Of a DNA stretch of 64,000 nt, positions 1-9,063 are shown piece by piece. The DNA is from an uncultured Candidatus Rokubacteria bacterium (GTDB lineage: Bacteria > Methylomirabilota > Methylomirabilia > Rokubacteriales > CSP1-6): contig CAVYTA010000006.1 in assembly GCA_963771355.1 (NCBI GenBank), positions 768,001-832,000 on the forward strand. Direction: 5' to 3'. The notes below the pieces were generated by a model. That model saw nothing but the letters and a program-made list of their open reading frames with translations, was not told where the DNA came from and ran no database searches. Numbering within the stretch: the stretch's first letter is position 1; each line of letters starts with the position of its first letter. The translations under genes were made by a program, and so were the position numbers.

Positions 1-775
1 CGAAGCCGTCCGAGAAGATGAGCCAGCTCGGGCGGAGGTCGGTGACCAGGATCTTGCCCGTCTCTTTCTCGTAGAAGGTGGGCCAGTCCTCGACCTGGAT
101 GCCGCGCATGCGGCAATCGATGAGGGCCTTCGCCGGGAAGTTGCCCCGACGGTTCATCTGGGCGACGACGATGAGGTCGGGCTTGGTGTCCTCGACGAGG
201 GCGGCCAGATCCTGGGTCTTGCCGAGCAGTACGTGACCGGGGGGCACCGTCTCCGGGGCGTTGGGGTTGTCATCCAGGAAGCCAAGGATCGTGAAGGGAC
301 GCGCTCCGGTCTCCTCGAGGCCCGCGATCACCTTGCCGATGGCGCCGGTGCCCAGGACCAGCGCCCGGATCCTCATGCGCCGGTGTGACCACCGCCCCAG
401 CCAGGCGGCCCGCCAGGCGATGAGGCCCAGGGTGGCGCCCGCCCCGATCTGGAGAAAGGCGGCGCGGCCGAGTCGGAGGCTGGGAACCGCGAATCCCACT
501 GCCGCCACCAGCAGGCCCGCCACCGCCTGACAGGTGAGAAGCCGGGCGAGCAACTCCCGGCGGCCCAGGGGGAGACGCACATCGTAGAGACCCCCGAGAT
601 TCAGGACGAAGGACACCACGCCGACCACCAGGACGAGCCGGGGAAGGACATCACCCTCGGCGATCCAGATGCCCATCAGCTTTGGAGTCTGGAAAGCCAG
701 GAGGAGCACCGCCAGATCGCCCGCGAAGAGTATCAGGGGGATCATTGGAATGTAGTGCCGGAAGACCCTTAGCAT
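1..775 (-). CDS. Priming sugar transferase, PEP-CTERM/XrtA-system type (TIGR03013-like); runs off the window edge
   Basis: Not in the ORF track; read by hand from ATG at 775: MLRVFRHYIPMIPLILFAGD..., four TM segments, then ALVLGTG...ILGFLDD (CoA-binding-like), then CRMRGIQVEDWPTFYEKETGKI...LRPSWLIFSDGF, typical of this family. Confidence 0.88.
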   Translation of the reverse strand, partial: MLRVFRHYIPMIPLILFAGDLAVLLLAFQTPKLMGIWIAEGDVLPRLVLVVGVVSFVLNLGGLYDVRLPLGRRELLARLLTCQAVAGLLVAAVGFAVPSLRLGRAAFLQIGAGATLGLIAWRAAWLGRWSHRRMRIRALVLGTGAIGKVIAGLEETGARPFTILGFLDDNPNAPETVPPGHVLLGKTQDLAALVEDTKPDLIVVAQMNRRGNFPAKALIDCRMRGIQVEDWPTFYEKETGKILVTDLRPSWLIFSDGF

Positions 776-798
776 GCTCTCACCGGGATGCAGTAAGG

Positions 799-815
799 AG
801 CAAGCGTAGTGCCAA
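799..815 (-). promoter_or_regulatory. sigma54 (-24/-12) promoter of the sugar transferase
   Basis: Minus strand TTGGCACTACGCTTGCT matches TGGCAC-N5-TTGCW, about 24 nt upstream of the start codon. Confidence 0.85.
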
Positions 816-838
816 GGGCCCGAGATTACGGTTGGAGC

Positions 839-851
839 TAAAGCGTTGAAA
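839..851 (-). promoter_or_regulatory. Putative IHF site
   Basis: Minus strand TTTCAACGCTTTA, close to WATCAANNNNTTR, just upstream of the -24 element. Confidence 0.45.
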
Positions 852-967
852 TTACAGATCTCACCATACCCGGAATCAGTCGATGAGATTACCTCGATAG
901 GGAAGTAGACTTCCACTTCCTGCTAAAAGTGCATAGGGTGGTCAAAACCAAGCCCGAACTTCAATTA

Positions 968-980
968 TATCAAAGGGTTA
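968..980 (+). promoter_or_regulatory. Putative IHF site
   Basis: TATCAAAGGGTTA is an exact match to WATCAANNNNTTR, in an AT-rich intergenic region. Confidence 0.5.
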
Positions 981-1063
981 TCGGATGTGACGGAAAGCGC
1001 ACAAGTTGCACGGGGCAGGTAATTCAGGGCATGTATTTCGTAGGTTAGCTCGGAACTAAAAGG

Positions 1064-2587
1064 CTAAAAATGGGCGGTCAGCGTGACAGTCGCCCGATTC
1101 TCGGTCGAGCTCTGATTGTTCCTCTCGGGGTTTTCCCCCGCCCTGCCGGTGGTATTCACGCTGGCGTTGCTGTCCACGTCACGCTTTGTGTAGGTATAGG
1201 CGCCGGTGAGGGACAGCCAAGTGAGGATCCGCCAGCTGATGCTCGCCCCCGCGCGATAGGTCTTCTGGGGGGCGATGCCGGAATCGCCGCCCTCGACCGC
1301 CTCGCTTTCCGAGTACTGACCCCGCGCGGTGGCCGTGACGAAGGGGGTAATGGCATAGCTGAAGGCCACGAAGGCGGTCCGGGAGAAGACGAGCCCGAAG
1401 TCCTCGCCCTCGTCGGCCGTCTGCCGGAAGTCCTGGGAGTAGCCCGCCGAGATGGTGGCGCGGGCGAAGCGATAGCTCGCGACAATGTTCGCGGAAAACC
1501 TGTGGTTCAGATCCTCCGCCCCGTCTGAGTCGAAGACGCTGTAGCCCACGCTGCCCGACACGGAGAAGCCGCCGGGGACCCCGTGGGCGGCGAAGAGGGA
1601 AATGTTCCCGATGCGCGAGTCCGTTTCGGAGTCGATCCACGTGAAGGACGACGACACGCCGACGGAGGTGAAGGTGCCGAGCGAGCGCGACACCGAACCG
1701 AACACGCGGTGCGCGAACGTCTGCCCGCTGAAGTCGCCGGTGTCGTCGCCGGTGGTGTCGCGGGTGGTGAATTCGTAGCCCCCGCTCACCGCGTAGAGGG
1801 CGCCCACCGGCATGCTGGCAGTGGCGCCGAAGATGTGACTCATGGTCTGCTCGTCGCCGAAGAACAACGAGTTGCGGTAGTACACCTGGGTCTGGACGAT
1901 GTCGATGAGCCAGGAGAACGAGATGCTGAACGTGTTCTTGCTGAAGGTGTCGCGCTCTCCACGTAAACCGGTCGAATCGCTCAGCCACGGATCGTCCTCC
2001 CGCACGAAGGTGTCGGACACCACCAGCCTCATGCGAGGGTTGAACGTGTGCTGGAGCGTGCCCGTGAACGAGGGAAAGAACGAGTAGCTATCGTCGTCGG
2101 GGGCCGCGCTGTCGTGAGCTCCGCTGAGACGGGTGGTCAGCGATCCTTGGGTGTTGGGGTAGTTCAGGGTCGCGGTGCCGCTAGCGCTCAGCGAGGTGCG
2201 GAAGTTCTCGACCCGCCCGCGCTCGGTGAGGTGGAAGTTGTCGCTGTACTCCTCGCTCAGCGACACCGTGGAGCTGAAGGAGAGCCGGGGCGCATCCAGG
2301 GGAATGAGCGACATGTCGAATGCGCCCGGGATCCGCGTCTGGGATGGGGGCGGTGGGCTCGGCGGAACGTACGGCCGGCCATCCGGTCCCAGCGCCGGGG
2401 TTGTCGGCGTGCTCGCCGGTCCGCTCGGCTGTCCCCCCGGCTGTCCGGGAGTGGCGGGGGTTCCTGATTGCCCGGACGCGGGTGGGCTCGACGGAGTCTG
2501 TCCGGCGGCCGGTGCGGCGCTGAAGACGGGAAGGGCGAGGAGGACGGCAACGAAGAGACAGACCACGCTCAGGGGGAGTCGCGTCAT
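1064..2587 (-). CDS. Outer-membrane beta-barrel protein associated with exopolysaccharide export
   Basis: Signal peptide MTRLPLSVVCLFVAVLLALPVFSAA, Pro-rich linker, EEYSDN motif, alternating beta-strands, C-terminal ENRATVTLTAHF ending in Phe; adjacent to wza. Confidence 0.8.
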   Translation of the reverse strand: MTRLPLSVVCLFVAVLLALPVFSAAPAAGQTPSSPPASGQSGTPATPGQPGGQPSGPASTPTTPALGPDGRPYVPPSPPPPSQTRIPGAFDMSLIPLDAPRLSFSSTVSLSEEYSDNFHLTERGRVENFRTSLSASGTATLNYPNTQGSLTTRLSGAHDSAAPDDDSYSFFPSFTGTLQHTFNPRMRLVVSDTFVREDDPWLSDSTGLRGERDTFSKNTFSISFSWLIDIVQTQVYYRNSLFFGDEQTMSHIFGATASMPVGALYAVSGGYEFTTRDTTGDDTGDFSGQTFAHRVFGSVSRSLGTFTSVGVSSSFTWIDSETDSRIGNISLFAAHGVPGGFSVSGSVGYSVFDSDGAEDLNHRFSANIVASYRFARATISAGYSQDFRQTADEGEDFGLVFSRTAFVAFSYAITPFVTATARGQYSESEAVEGGDSGIAPQKTYRAGASISWRILTWLSLTGAYTYTKRDVDSNASVNTTGRAGENPERNNQSSTENRATVTLTAHF

Positions 2588-2618
2588 CCGCGACTCCCCC
2601 CGCGCCTTCGATCCGAAG

Positions 2619-3443
2619 CTAGAAGAGTCTCTGTGGGACAAAGACGATGTCGTCGGGCCTCAATTTTATGTCGGGATTATCTTCTGGGGCCCGGAGGATC
2701 TTATCAAGGTCGAGCTTCATACGCACCTTTTTTTGACCTTCCGATCGGAGCAATTCGACTCGCCCCGGGGCCGCCATGGGGGTGGTCCCCCCCACCAGGG
2801 CCATGGCCTTGGACAGGGTCAGGTCGGTCGTGTACTTGAGGGCCCCCGGAGCGCGGACCTCGCCCTGGACATAGACGAGCTCGGCCGCGGGGATGACGAT
2901 CGAATCGAAGGGCTCCAGCTTGAGGTTCTGGCTGACGTCACCTTTCTGAAGCTTCTGGAAGTCGATGGGGATCTTCTTGCCGCCGCGGAGCAGGAAGCCC
3001 TTCTCCGCGTCCGCGTTGGGAGCCATTCCGCCGTTGATCGCGGTGGCTTCGAGCAGGGTCATGTCGTTGCGGGTGAGCTGGAACGGCCCGGGCTTCGCGA
3101 AACCGCCCACGAAGTACACCGGTCGGCTTTTGATTTCCCGGATGATCACGGTCACCGAGGGCACCTTGACGGTCTTGCTGTAGTGCTTGACGAGCTCGTC
3201 CTGGAACTGCTGGACGGTACGGCCCCCGGCCTGGATCTCACCGATGAGCGGGAGCGAGGTCTTGCCGTCGGGACGGACGAAGACTGTCTGGTTGAGGTCC
3301 TTGTTGTCCCAGACCTGAACCTCGACGACATCTTCGGGGCCGATCACGTAGTCCCCGTCGACGGCGACCGCCGGGGCGACGGGGACGATCAGGAGGGCGA
3401 GTATCAACAACCCGAGTACTGTTCTGTGGGTACCGCTCGTCAT
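2619..3443 (-). CDS. Polysaccharide export protein (Wza/OPX family, short form)
   Basis: DYVIGPEDVVEVQVW...VRPDGKTSLPLIGEI poly-export motif followed by SLBB repeats. Confidence 0.92.
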   Translation of the reverse strand: MTSGTHRTVLGLLILALLIVPVAPAVAVDGDYVIGPEDVVEVQVWDNKDLNQTVFVRPDGKTSLPLIGEIQAGGRTVQQFQDELVKHYSKTVKVPSVTVIIREIKSRPVYFVGGFAKPGPFQLTRNDMTLLEATAINGGMAPNADAEKGFLLRGGKKIPIDFQKLQKGDVSQNLKLEPFDSIVIPAAELVYVQGEVRAPGALKYTTDLTLSKAMALVGGTTPMAAPGRVELLRSEGQKKVRMKLDLDKILRAPEDNPDIKLRPDDIVFVPQRLF

Positions 3444-3446
3444 GGC

Positions 3447-4841
3447 TCAGACTCCTAGGAGGTGCTCGGGCTCGCTGGCCCGATTGGGTTGGGCGGGCGC
3501 TTCGATCTCGGCCTCCGCGTAAGCCTTCAACTTGTACTGGAGGCACCGTAGGCTGATGCCGAGAACCCGGGCCGCCCGGGTCCGATTCCCGCCGGTCTCC
3601 TGCAGCGTGCGGAGAATATATTGCTGCTCCACGTCCCGGAGCGTCAAGCCCGAGCGGATGCGAAGAGACGAATCCACCTGGCGCGGGGTGGTGGTGTCGC
3701 CCAGCCAGAGGGCCCCCACGTCCACCACGTCGCTCTCGCAGAGGACCACTGCCTGCTCGATGCAGTTCTCGAGCTGGCGGATGTTTCCCGGCCATTGGTA
3801 GCTGGTGAGCAGCTCCATCGCCTGGGGGGTCACCGAGCGGATGCGCTTGCGGTGGGACGTCCCGAACTTCTTGAGGAAGTGGTCGACCAGCACGGGGACG
3901 TCGCCCTTACGATCGCGGAGGGGAGGAGTTTGCAGCATGACCACGGCTATCCGGTAGTAGAGGTCCTCCCGGAAATTGCCGTCCGCGACCGCGCGCCGGA
4001 GGTCCTTGTTGCTCGCCGTGATGAGCCGGATGTCGGTGCGGAGTGGCTTGCTGCCTCCCACCTTGACGAACTCGCGCGTCTGGACCACGCGGAGGAGCTT
4101 GGCCTGGAGGGCGAGCGACAGCTCGCTGATCTCGTCGATGAAGAGGGTGCCGGTATGGGCGAGGGAGAAGACGCCATCGCGGTTCTCCACCGCGCCGGTG
4201 AAGGAGCCGCGGACATGCCCGAAGAGGTGGCTCTCCATCAGCCCCTCCGGAATGGCCGTGCAATCCAGGGTGATCAGGGGCCGGTCCCGGCGGTCGCTAT
4301 TGTAGTGGATGGCGCGGGCGATGAGCTCCTTGCCGGTCCCGCTCTCTCCCACGATGCAGACGTTGGCGCTGCCGGCCGCCACCTTCTCGATCTTCGCGAA
4401 GACGTCACGGATCTGGGACGACTGCCCGATGATGTCCGACACCACCGCGCTCCCCGGGGTGCTCCCGATAACGGGCCCGCCGGGGGCGGCCCGGCCGATC
4501 ACACGCTCCAGCAGGGACTCCAGCTCCCCGGTGCTGCGGGGACGCTCGAGGCATTCCACTCCGGGCAGGGCCGCGAGGTGCTCGATGCCCTGGGCGGTGG
4601 CGTCGAAAAACACGAGCGTGGGGCCCCCCGCCGGCGACACCTTCAGGTGCCGCGCCACTTCCCAGGCAGTGATCGCGGACGAGAGATTGACCACGCGGAG
4701 GCTCATCGGGCCCTGGCTGGCCTCGGCCATCTCGAGCTCTTGCGCCGAGCAGACGAAGACACCGTCGACTCCGCGCGCGGCGAGGAATCGGTGGATGCTG
4801 GGTGAGATATCAAGTGATTCGTCGAGTACGAGAGTTTTCAT
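3447..4841 (-). CDS. sigma54-dependent transcriptional activator with degenerate receiver domain
   Basis: Walker A GESGTGKE, GSFTGA loop, FIDEI, FREDLYYR, WPGNIRQLEN, Fis-type HTH GNRTRAARVLGIS; start chosen at MKTLVLDE after GAGG. Confidence 0.93.
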   Translation of the reverse strand: MKTLVLDESLDISPSIHRFLAARGVDGVFVCSAQELEMAEASQGPMSLRVVNLSSAITAWEVARHLKVSPAGGPTLVFFDATAQGIEHLAALPGVECLERPRSTGELESLLERVIGRAAPGGPVIGSTPGSAVVSDIIGQSSQIRDVFAKIEKVAAGSANVCIVGESGTGKELIARAIHYNSDRRDRPLITLDCTAIPEGLMESHLFGHVRGSFTGAVENRDGVFSLAHTGTLFIDEISELSLALQAKLLRVVQTREFVKVGGSKPLRTDIRLITASNKDLRRAVADGNFREDLYYRIAVVMLQTPPLRDRKGDVPVLVDHFLKKFGTSHRKRIRSVTPQAMELLTSYQWPGNIRQLENCIEQAVVLCESDVVDVGALWLGDTTTPRQVDSSLRIRSGLTLRDVEQQYILRTLQETGGNRTRAARVLGISLRCLQYKLKAYAEAEIEAPAQPNRASEPEHLLGV

Positions 4842-4848
4842 CGGGTCC

Positions 4849-5418
4849 TCATCCTCTGCTTTCGGCCGCCGCGTGGACCACGCGGTTTCCACCCTGGCGC
4901 GCCGCTTCGTTCACGTGCGCCTGGGCCCGAGAGAGCAGGATCGTGTCATTGTATCCGTCGCGGGGAAACGAGACGCCTCCGACGCTCAGCGTGATCTGAC
5001 GCGGACTGCCGGAGTCTCCGAGGAAGGCCACTTGCTCGATGTGGGCGCGGAGCCGCTCGGCCACTTTGACCGCGTCGGTCCCTTCCGTGTGCAGCAGCAG
5101 TATCGCGATACCGTCCTGGACCCGACCCACCACGTCGGTCGAGCGGAGGAAATGAATGATCTTTCTGGAGATCGCCTGCTGGACGTCCTCGCCGCCGCTT
5201 TCCTCTCCCGGGTCGGGCTTCACCAGGCAGACGGAAAAGAAGTCCTGGTACCGGGTCGCCCGCAGCGCCTCCCGTGACAGGAGGTGCCGGAAGGCGTCCT
5301 CGACGAAGACCCCGGAAGCTGGCTCCAAGAAATCGGCCACGATCGACGCTCCTTTGCTCCTCGAGCTTGCCAGCTGAAAGATTACGTTGTCTTCCGCGCC
5401 ATGAAAAATTTCTGCCAC
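4849..5418 (-). CDS. Stand-alone degenerate GGDEF-domain protein
   Basis: GGDEF fold landmarks (E..RA.RY, RxxD..GR, A...AERLR, ITLSVG..SFP, A.....A...GGNRV) but the signature reads RVQDGI; start codon uncertain. Confidence 0.8.
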   Translation of the reverse strand: MAEIFHGAEDNVIFQLASSRSKGASIVADFLEPASGVFVEDAFRHLLSREALRATRYQDFFSVCLVKPDPGEESGGEDVQQAISRKIIHFLRSTDVVGRVQDGIAILLLHTEGTDAVKVAERLRAHIEQVAFLGDSGSPRQITLSVGGVSFPRDGYNDTILLSRAQAHVNEAARQGGNRVVHAAAESRG

Positions 5419-5442
5419 CTGCTATCGGCGGCTTCATAGGGG

Positions 5443-5459
5443 AGCAAGCGGTATGCCAA
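5443..5459 (-). promoter_or_regulatory. sigma54 (-24/-12) promoter of the GGDEF-activator-wza-barrel operon
   Basis: Minus strand TTGGCATACCGCTTGCT with correct GG-N10-GC spacing. Confidence 0.82.
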
Positions 5460-5639
5460 AATTGCCACCCCGCAAAAGTAGCGCTCCTTCGGGAAGCAGA
5501 ATTCGTGGTGTCGCCGGTATTTGTGGAGCTTTCCCAGGATCCGCGAGTCCCTGGATCCTCCCTCGAATCCCTTCGTGCACCCTACTTCTGAAAGACCTAC
5601 CCAAGGACGTCGGAGTCGACGTGGAGGAGAAGTGAGAAG

Positions 5640-7114
5640 CTAGCTCTTACTATTTCTCCGGTCGGCCTTCCCATCCAGGCCGGCCGCTGTAATCTTGTAA
5701 AGTAGTGCTTTGTAACTGATTTTCAAGAGCCTGGCCGCCTCGGCGCGGTTCCAGCGCACCCGGTCGAGGACTTCCTTCAATACCCTCTTCTCGGCTTCCA
5801 TCGCCGCACGCTTGGCAATCTCCTTAAGACCGAGACCAGCCTCCCGATTTGTTGGTCCGCCCTGAATTTGCGCGGGCGGAGGTGGGGGGGAGGGGGGGCT
5901 GTGACGGGATTGGTCTCCCGGCCTGACCAGGGCCGGTTGCGGCGCATGGCGATCTCCTCCTGAAGGAGGGTCTCGTTCTGCAAGACCACGAGGCGCTTGA
6001 TCATGTTCTCAAGCTCCCGGACATTGCCGGGCCAAGCATACTCCTGAAGCAAGCGCAACGTCTCGGACGAGATGCGGGGCGCCTCTCGGTCGTACTGGCG
6101 GCAGAACTTCCGGAGAAAGTGCTCCACGAGCCCAGGAATCTCCTCCCGGCGCTCGCGCAGCGGGGGCACCGAGATGGTCACCACATTGAGGCGGTAGTAC
6201 AGGTCCTCGCGGAAGTGCCCAGTGGCCATGATCGAGGCGAGGTCACGGTTGGTGGCGGCCACCAGCCGCACGTCCGTATCGATCGTCTCGCTGCCTCCTA
6301 CCCGGAAGAAGCGTCCGTCCTGGAGGACGTGGAGCAGCTTGGCCTGCAGGCCCAGCGGCATCTCGCCGATCTCGTCGAGAAGGAAGGTGCCCCGATGCGC
6401 GAGCTCGAATTTTCCGGGCTTGCGCCGGTGTGCCCCGGTGAAGGCGCCTTTTTCGTGCCCGAAGAGCTCGGACTCCAGCAGGTCGCCGGGCAGCGACGCG
6501 CAGTTCACCTTGAGGAACGGCTTCTCGCGACGCTGGGAGATGTAGTGGATGGCCTTGGCGACCATTTCCTTGCCGGTGCCGCTCTCGCCCTGGAGCAGGA
6601 TGGTGGCATTGGTGTCCGCCGCGCGCCGCACGATGTCCTCGACCGCGCGCATGCGCTCGCTGTTCCGGAACAGCAGGTCCAGATCGGGCCAGAAGCGCTC
6701 GGAATCCGGGGAACCCGGGCTCCCCAGCTCACCGGGGGCGGTGGCCTCGCTCCGCGCGAAGGCGTTCCGGACGGCGGTCTGAATCACGGTGGCCGACGCC
6801 GGCTTGACGACGAAATCCGACGCGCCGGCCCGCATGGTGCGGACGACATGCGCGGTGTCTTGATGCTCGGACAAGGCGAGGAGGACCACATCCGTCACTT
6901 CGAGCCGCATCTGGCGGATGAGATCGCAGGCGTCCATGCCGGGCAGGCTCATGTCCAGCAGCACGAGCTGGGGCCGAAGGGAGGAGAGCATGGCGAGCCC
7001 TTCCGAGCTGCTCCCCGCGGTGAGGATGGGAAAACCCGCCTCCTTGATGATGCGGGCGAGCCCATCCCGGCTCTCCGGGTTGGCATCGACGATCAGGATG
7101 GAGGATGTGGCCAT
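5640..7114 (-). CDS. NtrC-family sigma54 response regulator, frameshifted at about 5884-5898 before the HTH
   Basis: REC domain (LVLLDMSLPGMD, FVVKP), GESGTGKE, GAFTGA, WPGNVRELEN. The HTH LKEIAKRAAMEAEKRVLKEVLDRVRWNRAEAARLLKISYKALLYKI lies in the -1 frame and ends at TAG 5640. Confidence 0.88.
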
Positions 7115-7134
7115 TCGTGCGTCAGATCGCTACT

Positions 7135-7163
7135 TGACGGGCCCGTGGGCGGCCCGGATACTC
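7135..7163 (+). promoter_or_regulatory. sigma70-type promoter of the single-domain response regulator
   Basis: TTGACG-17 nt-GATACT, followed by GGAG SD and ATG 7179. Confidence 0.55.
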
Positions 7164-7178
7164 GGAACGGAGCCATTC

Positions 7179-7535
7179 ATGCGAATCCTTGTTGTCGACG
7201 ACGATCCCTCGGTGGCGGAAGTCATCGCTGAAGCAATCCGGGCCTCCGGCGATGCGGCGCTGGTGGCGCTCGACGGCGCCGAGGCCCTCGACCTCCTCGA
7301 AACGACCCCGGTCGACGGTGTATTCCTCGATCTCGTGATGCCCGGGCTGGGCGGCATCGCGACGCTCGCCCGCATCCGTCTCCGACATCCCGCGCTTCCC
7401 GTCGTCATTCTTTCCGGCCATGCCGACGAGGAGCAAGCGCGTGAGGCCCTGTCCCTGGGCGCAGTTGACGTCGTCAAGAAACCGGCCGCGCTCACCCACC
7501 TGAGCGACGCGCTCGCCCGTCTCAAGGGCAACTGA
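7179..7535 (+). CDS. Single-domain response regulator (CheY-like)
   Basis: MRILVVDDD...VFLDLVMPGLGG...ILSG...VVKKP. Confidence 0.92.
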   Translation: MRILVVDDDPSVAEVIAEAIRASGDAALVALDGAEALDLLETTPVDGVFLDLVMPGLGGIATLARIRLRHPALPVVILSGHADEEQAREALSLGAVDVVKKPAALTHLSDALARLKGN

Positions 7536-7591
7536 GCTCGCGTCCGAGTTCGGCTCCAAAGGGAACACTCTCCTACCGTAAGCGACCCAGG

Positions 7592-9001
7592 ATGGGAAAA
7601 GCAATGCCCAATTTCCCCCAACCGGTACATGAACACGCCGCGGAAAATCTCGCGGCCTTCGCCCACGGGCTGTCCTCCGGCGCCATTCCCGAGGTCGTCC
7701 GGCGCCGGGTCGCCCTCCATACCCTCGATACGCTGGGATGCGCCCTCGCCTCGGTGGACGCCGACTGGGCCGCGGCGGTACTCGATCCGGTGCTCCGCTG
7801 GGGCGGCGCGGGCGGCGCGAGCGTGGTGGGCACGGCCCGGCGCGTGGCGGCGCCCATGGCGGCGCTGGCCAATGGCGCGCTCGCGCACGGACACGACTTC
7901 GACGACACGCACGCGCCCTCGATCACCCATGCCTCGGCTGTGGTGCTGCCGGCGGTGCTGGCACTCGCGGAGGAAGAAGGGCTCGACGGCGGGTCGGCAA
8001 TCGCCGCCGCGGTGGCGGGATACGAGGTCATCGCGCGGCTGGGCATGGCGGCGCCCGGCCGCTTCCACGCCCGCGGCTGGCACGCCACCCCGGCGTGCGG
8101 TACCTTCGCCGCCGCCGTCGCCGCGGGGCGTTGTCTCGGGCTCGGGCGGGTCGCGCTCACCTCGGCCCTCGGCATCGCGGCGAGCTGTGCCTCGGGTCTC
8201 CTCGAATTCCTCGAGGACGGCTCGTCGGTGAAGCGACTGCACCCCGGCTGGGCGGCGCACTCCGGGGTGCTGGCGGCCGCGTTCGCCAAGGGCGGGTTCA
8301 CCGGGCCCGCCAGCGGGATCGAGGGCCGCTTCGGATTCTTTCGTGCCGCTCTCGGTGAAGCGCCCGATCTGACGGCGGCGCTGGCGACGCTCGGCACGCG
8401 CTGGGAAACACTCGAGGTGGCCGTCAAGCCGTACCCCTGCTGCCACTACAACCACGCCTATCTGGACGCGGCCCTCCGTCTCCGCGCCGAGCATGCGCTG
8501 ACCCCCGACGCCATCGCGGAGGTCGAGTGCGTGGTCCCCGCGGGCGAGATCCCCATCGTCTGCGAGCCCGCCGCGGTCAAGCGCGCCCCGCGAACGGACT
8601 ACGACGCGAAGTTCAGCCTGCCCTTCACGGTGGCGGCGGCGCTGCTCGAGGGACGGGTGGGGGTCAGCACCTTCGACGCCGAGCGGAGGGGCGACCCCGC
8701 TCTGCTCGCCCTCGCCGCGCGTGTGCGCTATACCGTGGACCCGGACTCGCCCTTCCCGAGGAGCTTTCCGGGCCGGGTGCGGGTGCGCCTCGTCGACGGC
8801 CGGATGGTGGAGGCCCACGAGCCCGAGAACCGGGGCGGGCCCGGACAGCCGCTCACCGAGTCCGAGGTGGTGGAGAAGTTCCGCGACAACGCGGGACGGA
8901 CCCTGCCTGGATTCCAGCTCCGCGAGATCGAGAAGGCCGCGCTGGACCTGGAGAATCTCGACGACGTGGGCGCGCTCATGACGCTCTGCCGTCGCGGATG
9001 A
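7592..9001 (+). CDS. MmgE/PrpD family protein
   Basis: ANGALAHGHDFDDTH, GWHAT, KRLHPGWAA, KPYPCCHYNH, AKFSLPF motifs. Confidence 0.92.
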   Translation: MGKAMPNFPQPVHEHAAENLAAFAHGLSSGAIPEVVRRRVALHTLDTLGCALASVDADWAAAVLDPVLRWGGAGGASVVGTARRVAAPMAALANGALAHGHDFDDTHAPSITHASAVVLPAVLALAEEEGLDGGSAIAAAVAGYEVIARLGMAAPGRFHARGWHATPACGTFAAAVAAGRCLGLGRVALTSALGIAASCASGLLEFLEDGSSVKRLHPGWAAHSGVLAAAFAKGGFTGPASGIEGRFGFFRAALGEAPDLTAALATLGTRWETLEVAVKPYPCCHYNHAYLDAALRLRAEHALTPDAIAEVECVVPAGEIPIVCEPAAVKRAPRTDYDAKFSLPFTVAAALLEGRVGVSTFDAERRGDPALLALAARVRYTVDPDSPFPRSFPGRVRVRLVDGRMVEAHEPENRGGPGQPLTESEVVEKFRDNAGRTLPGFQLREIEKAALDLENLDDVGALMTLCRRG

Positions 9002-9063
9002 AGCGGAGCCTGCGCGCCAGCCTTTCGCTTGCCCCTGGAAGGTGGATCTGAGATCATCTGACC

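Noticed and set aside
6655..6680. FleQ-like LFRS c-di-GMP motif in the NtrC-type regulator (LLFRNS)
   Set aside because: By eye it aligns with the 'IIGxS' start of the AAA+ domain rather than the FleQ motif position; cannot be supported without an alignment
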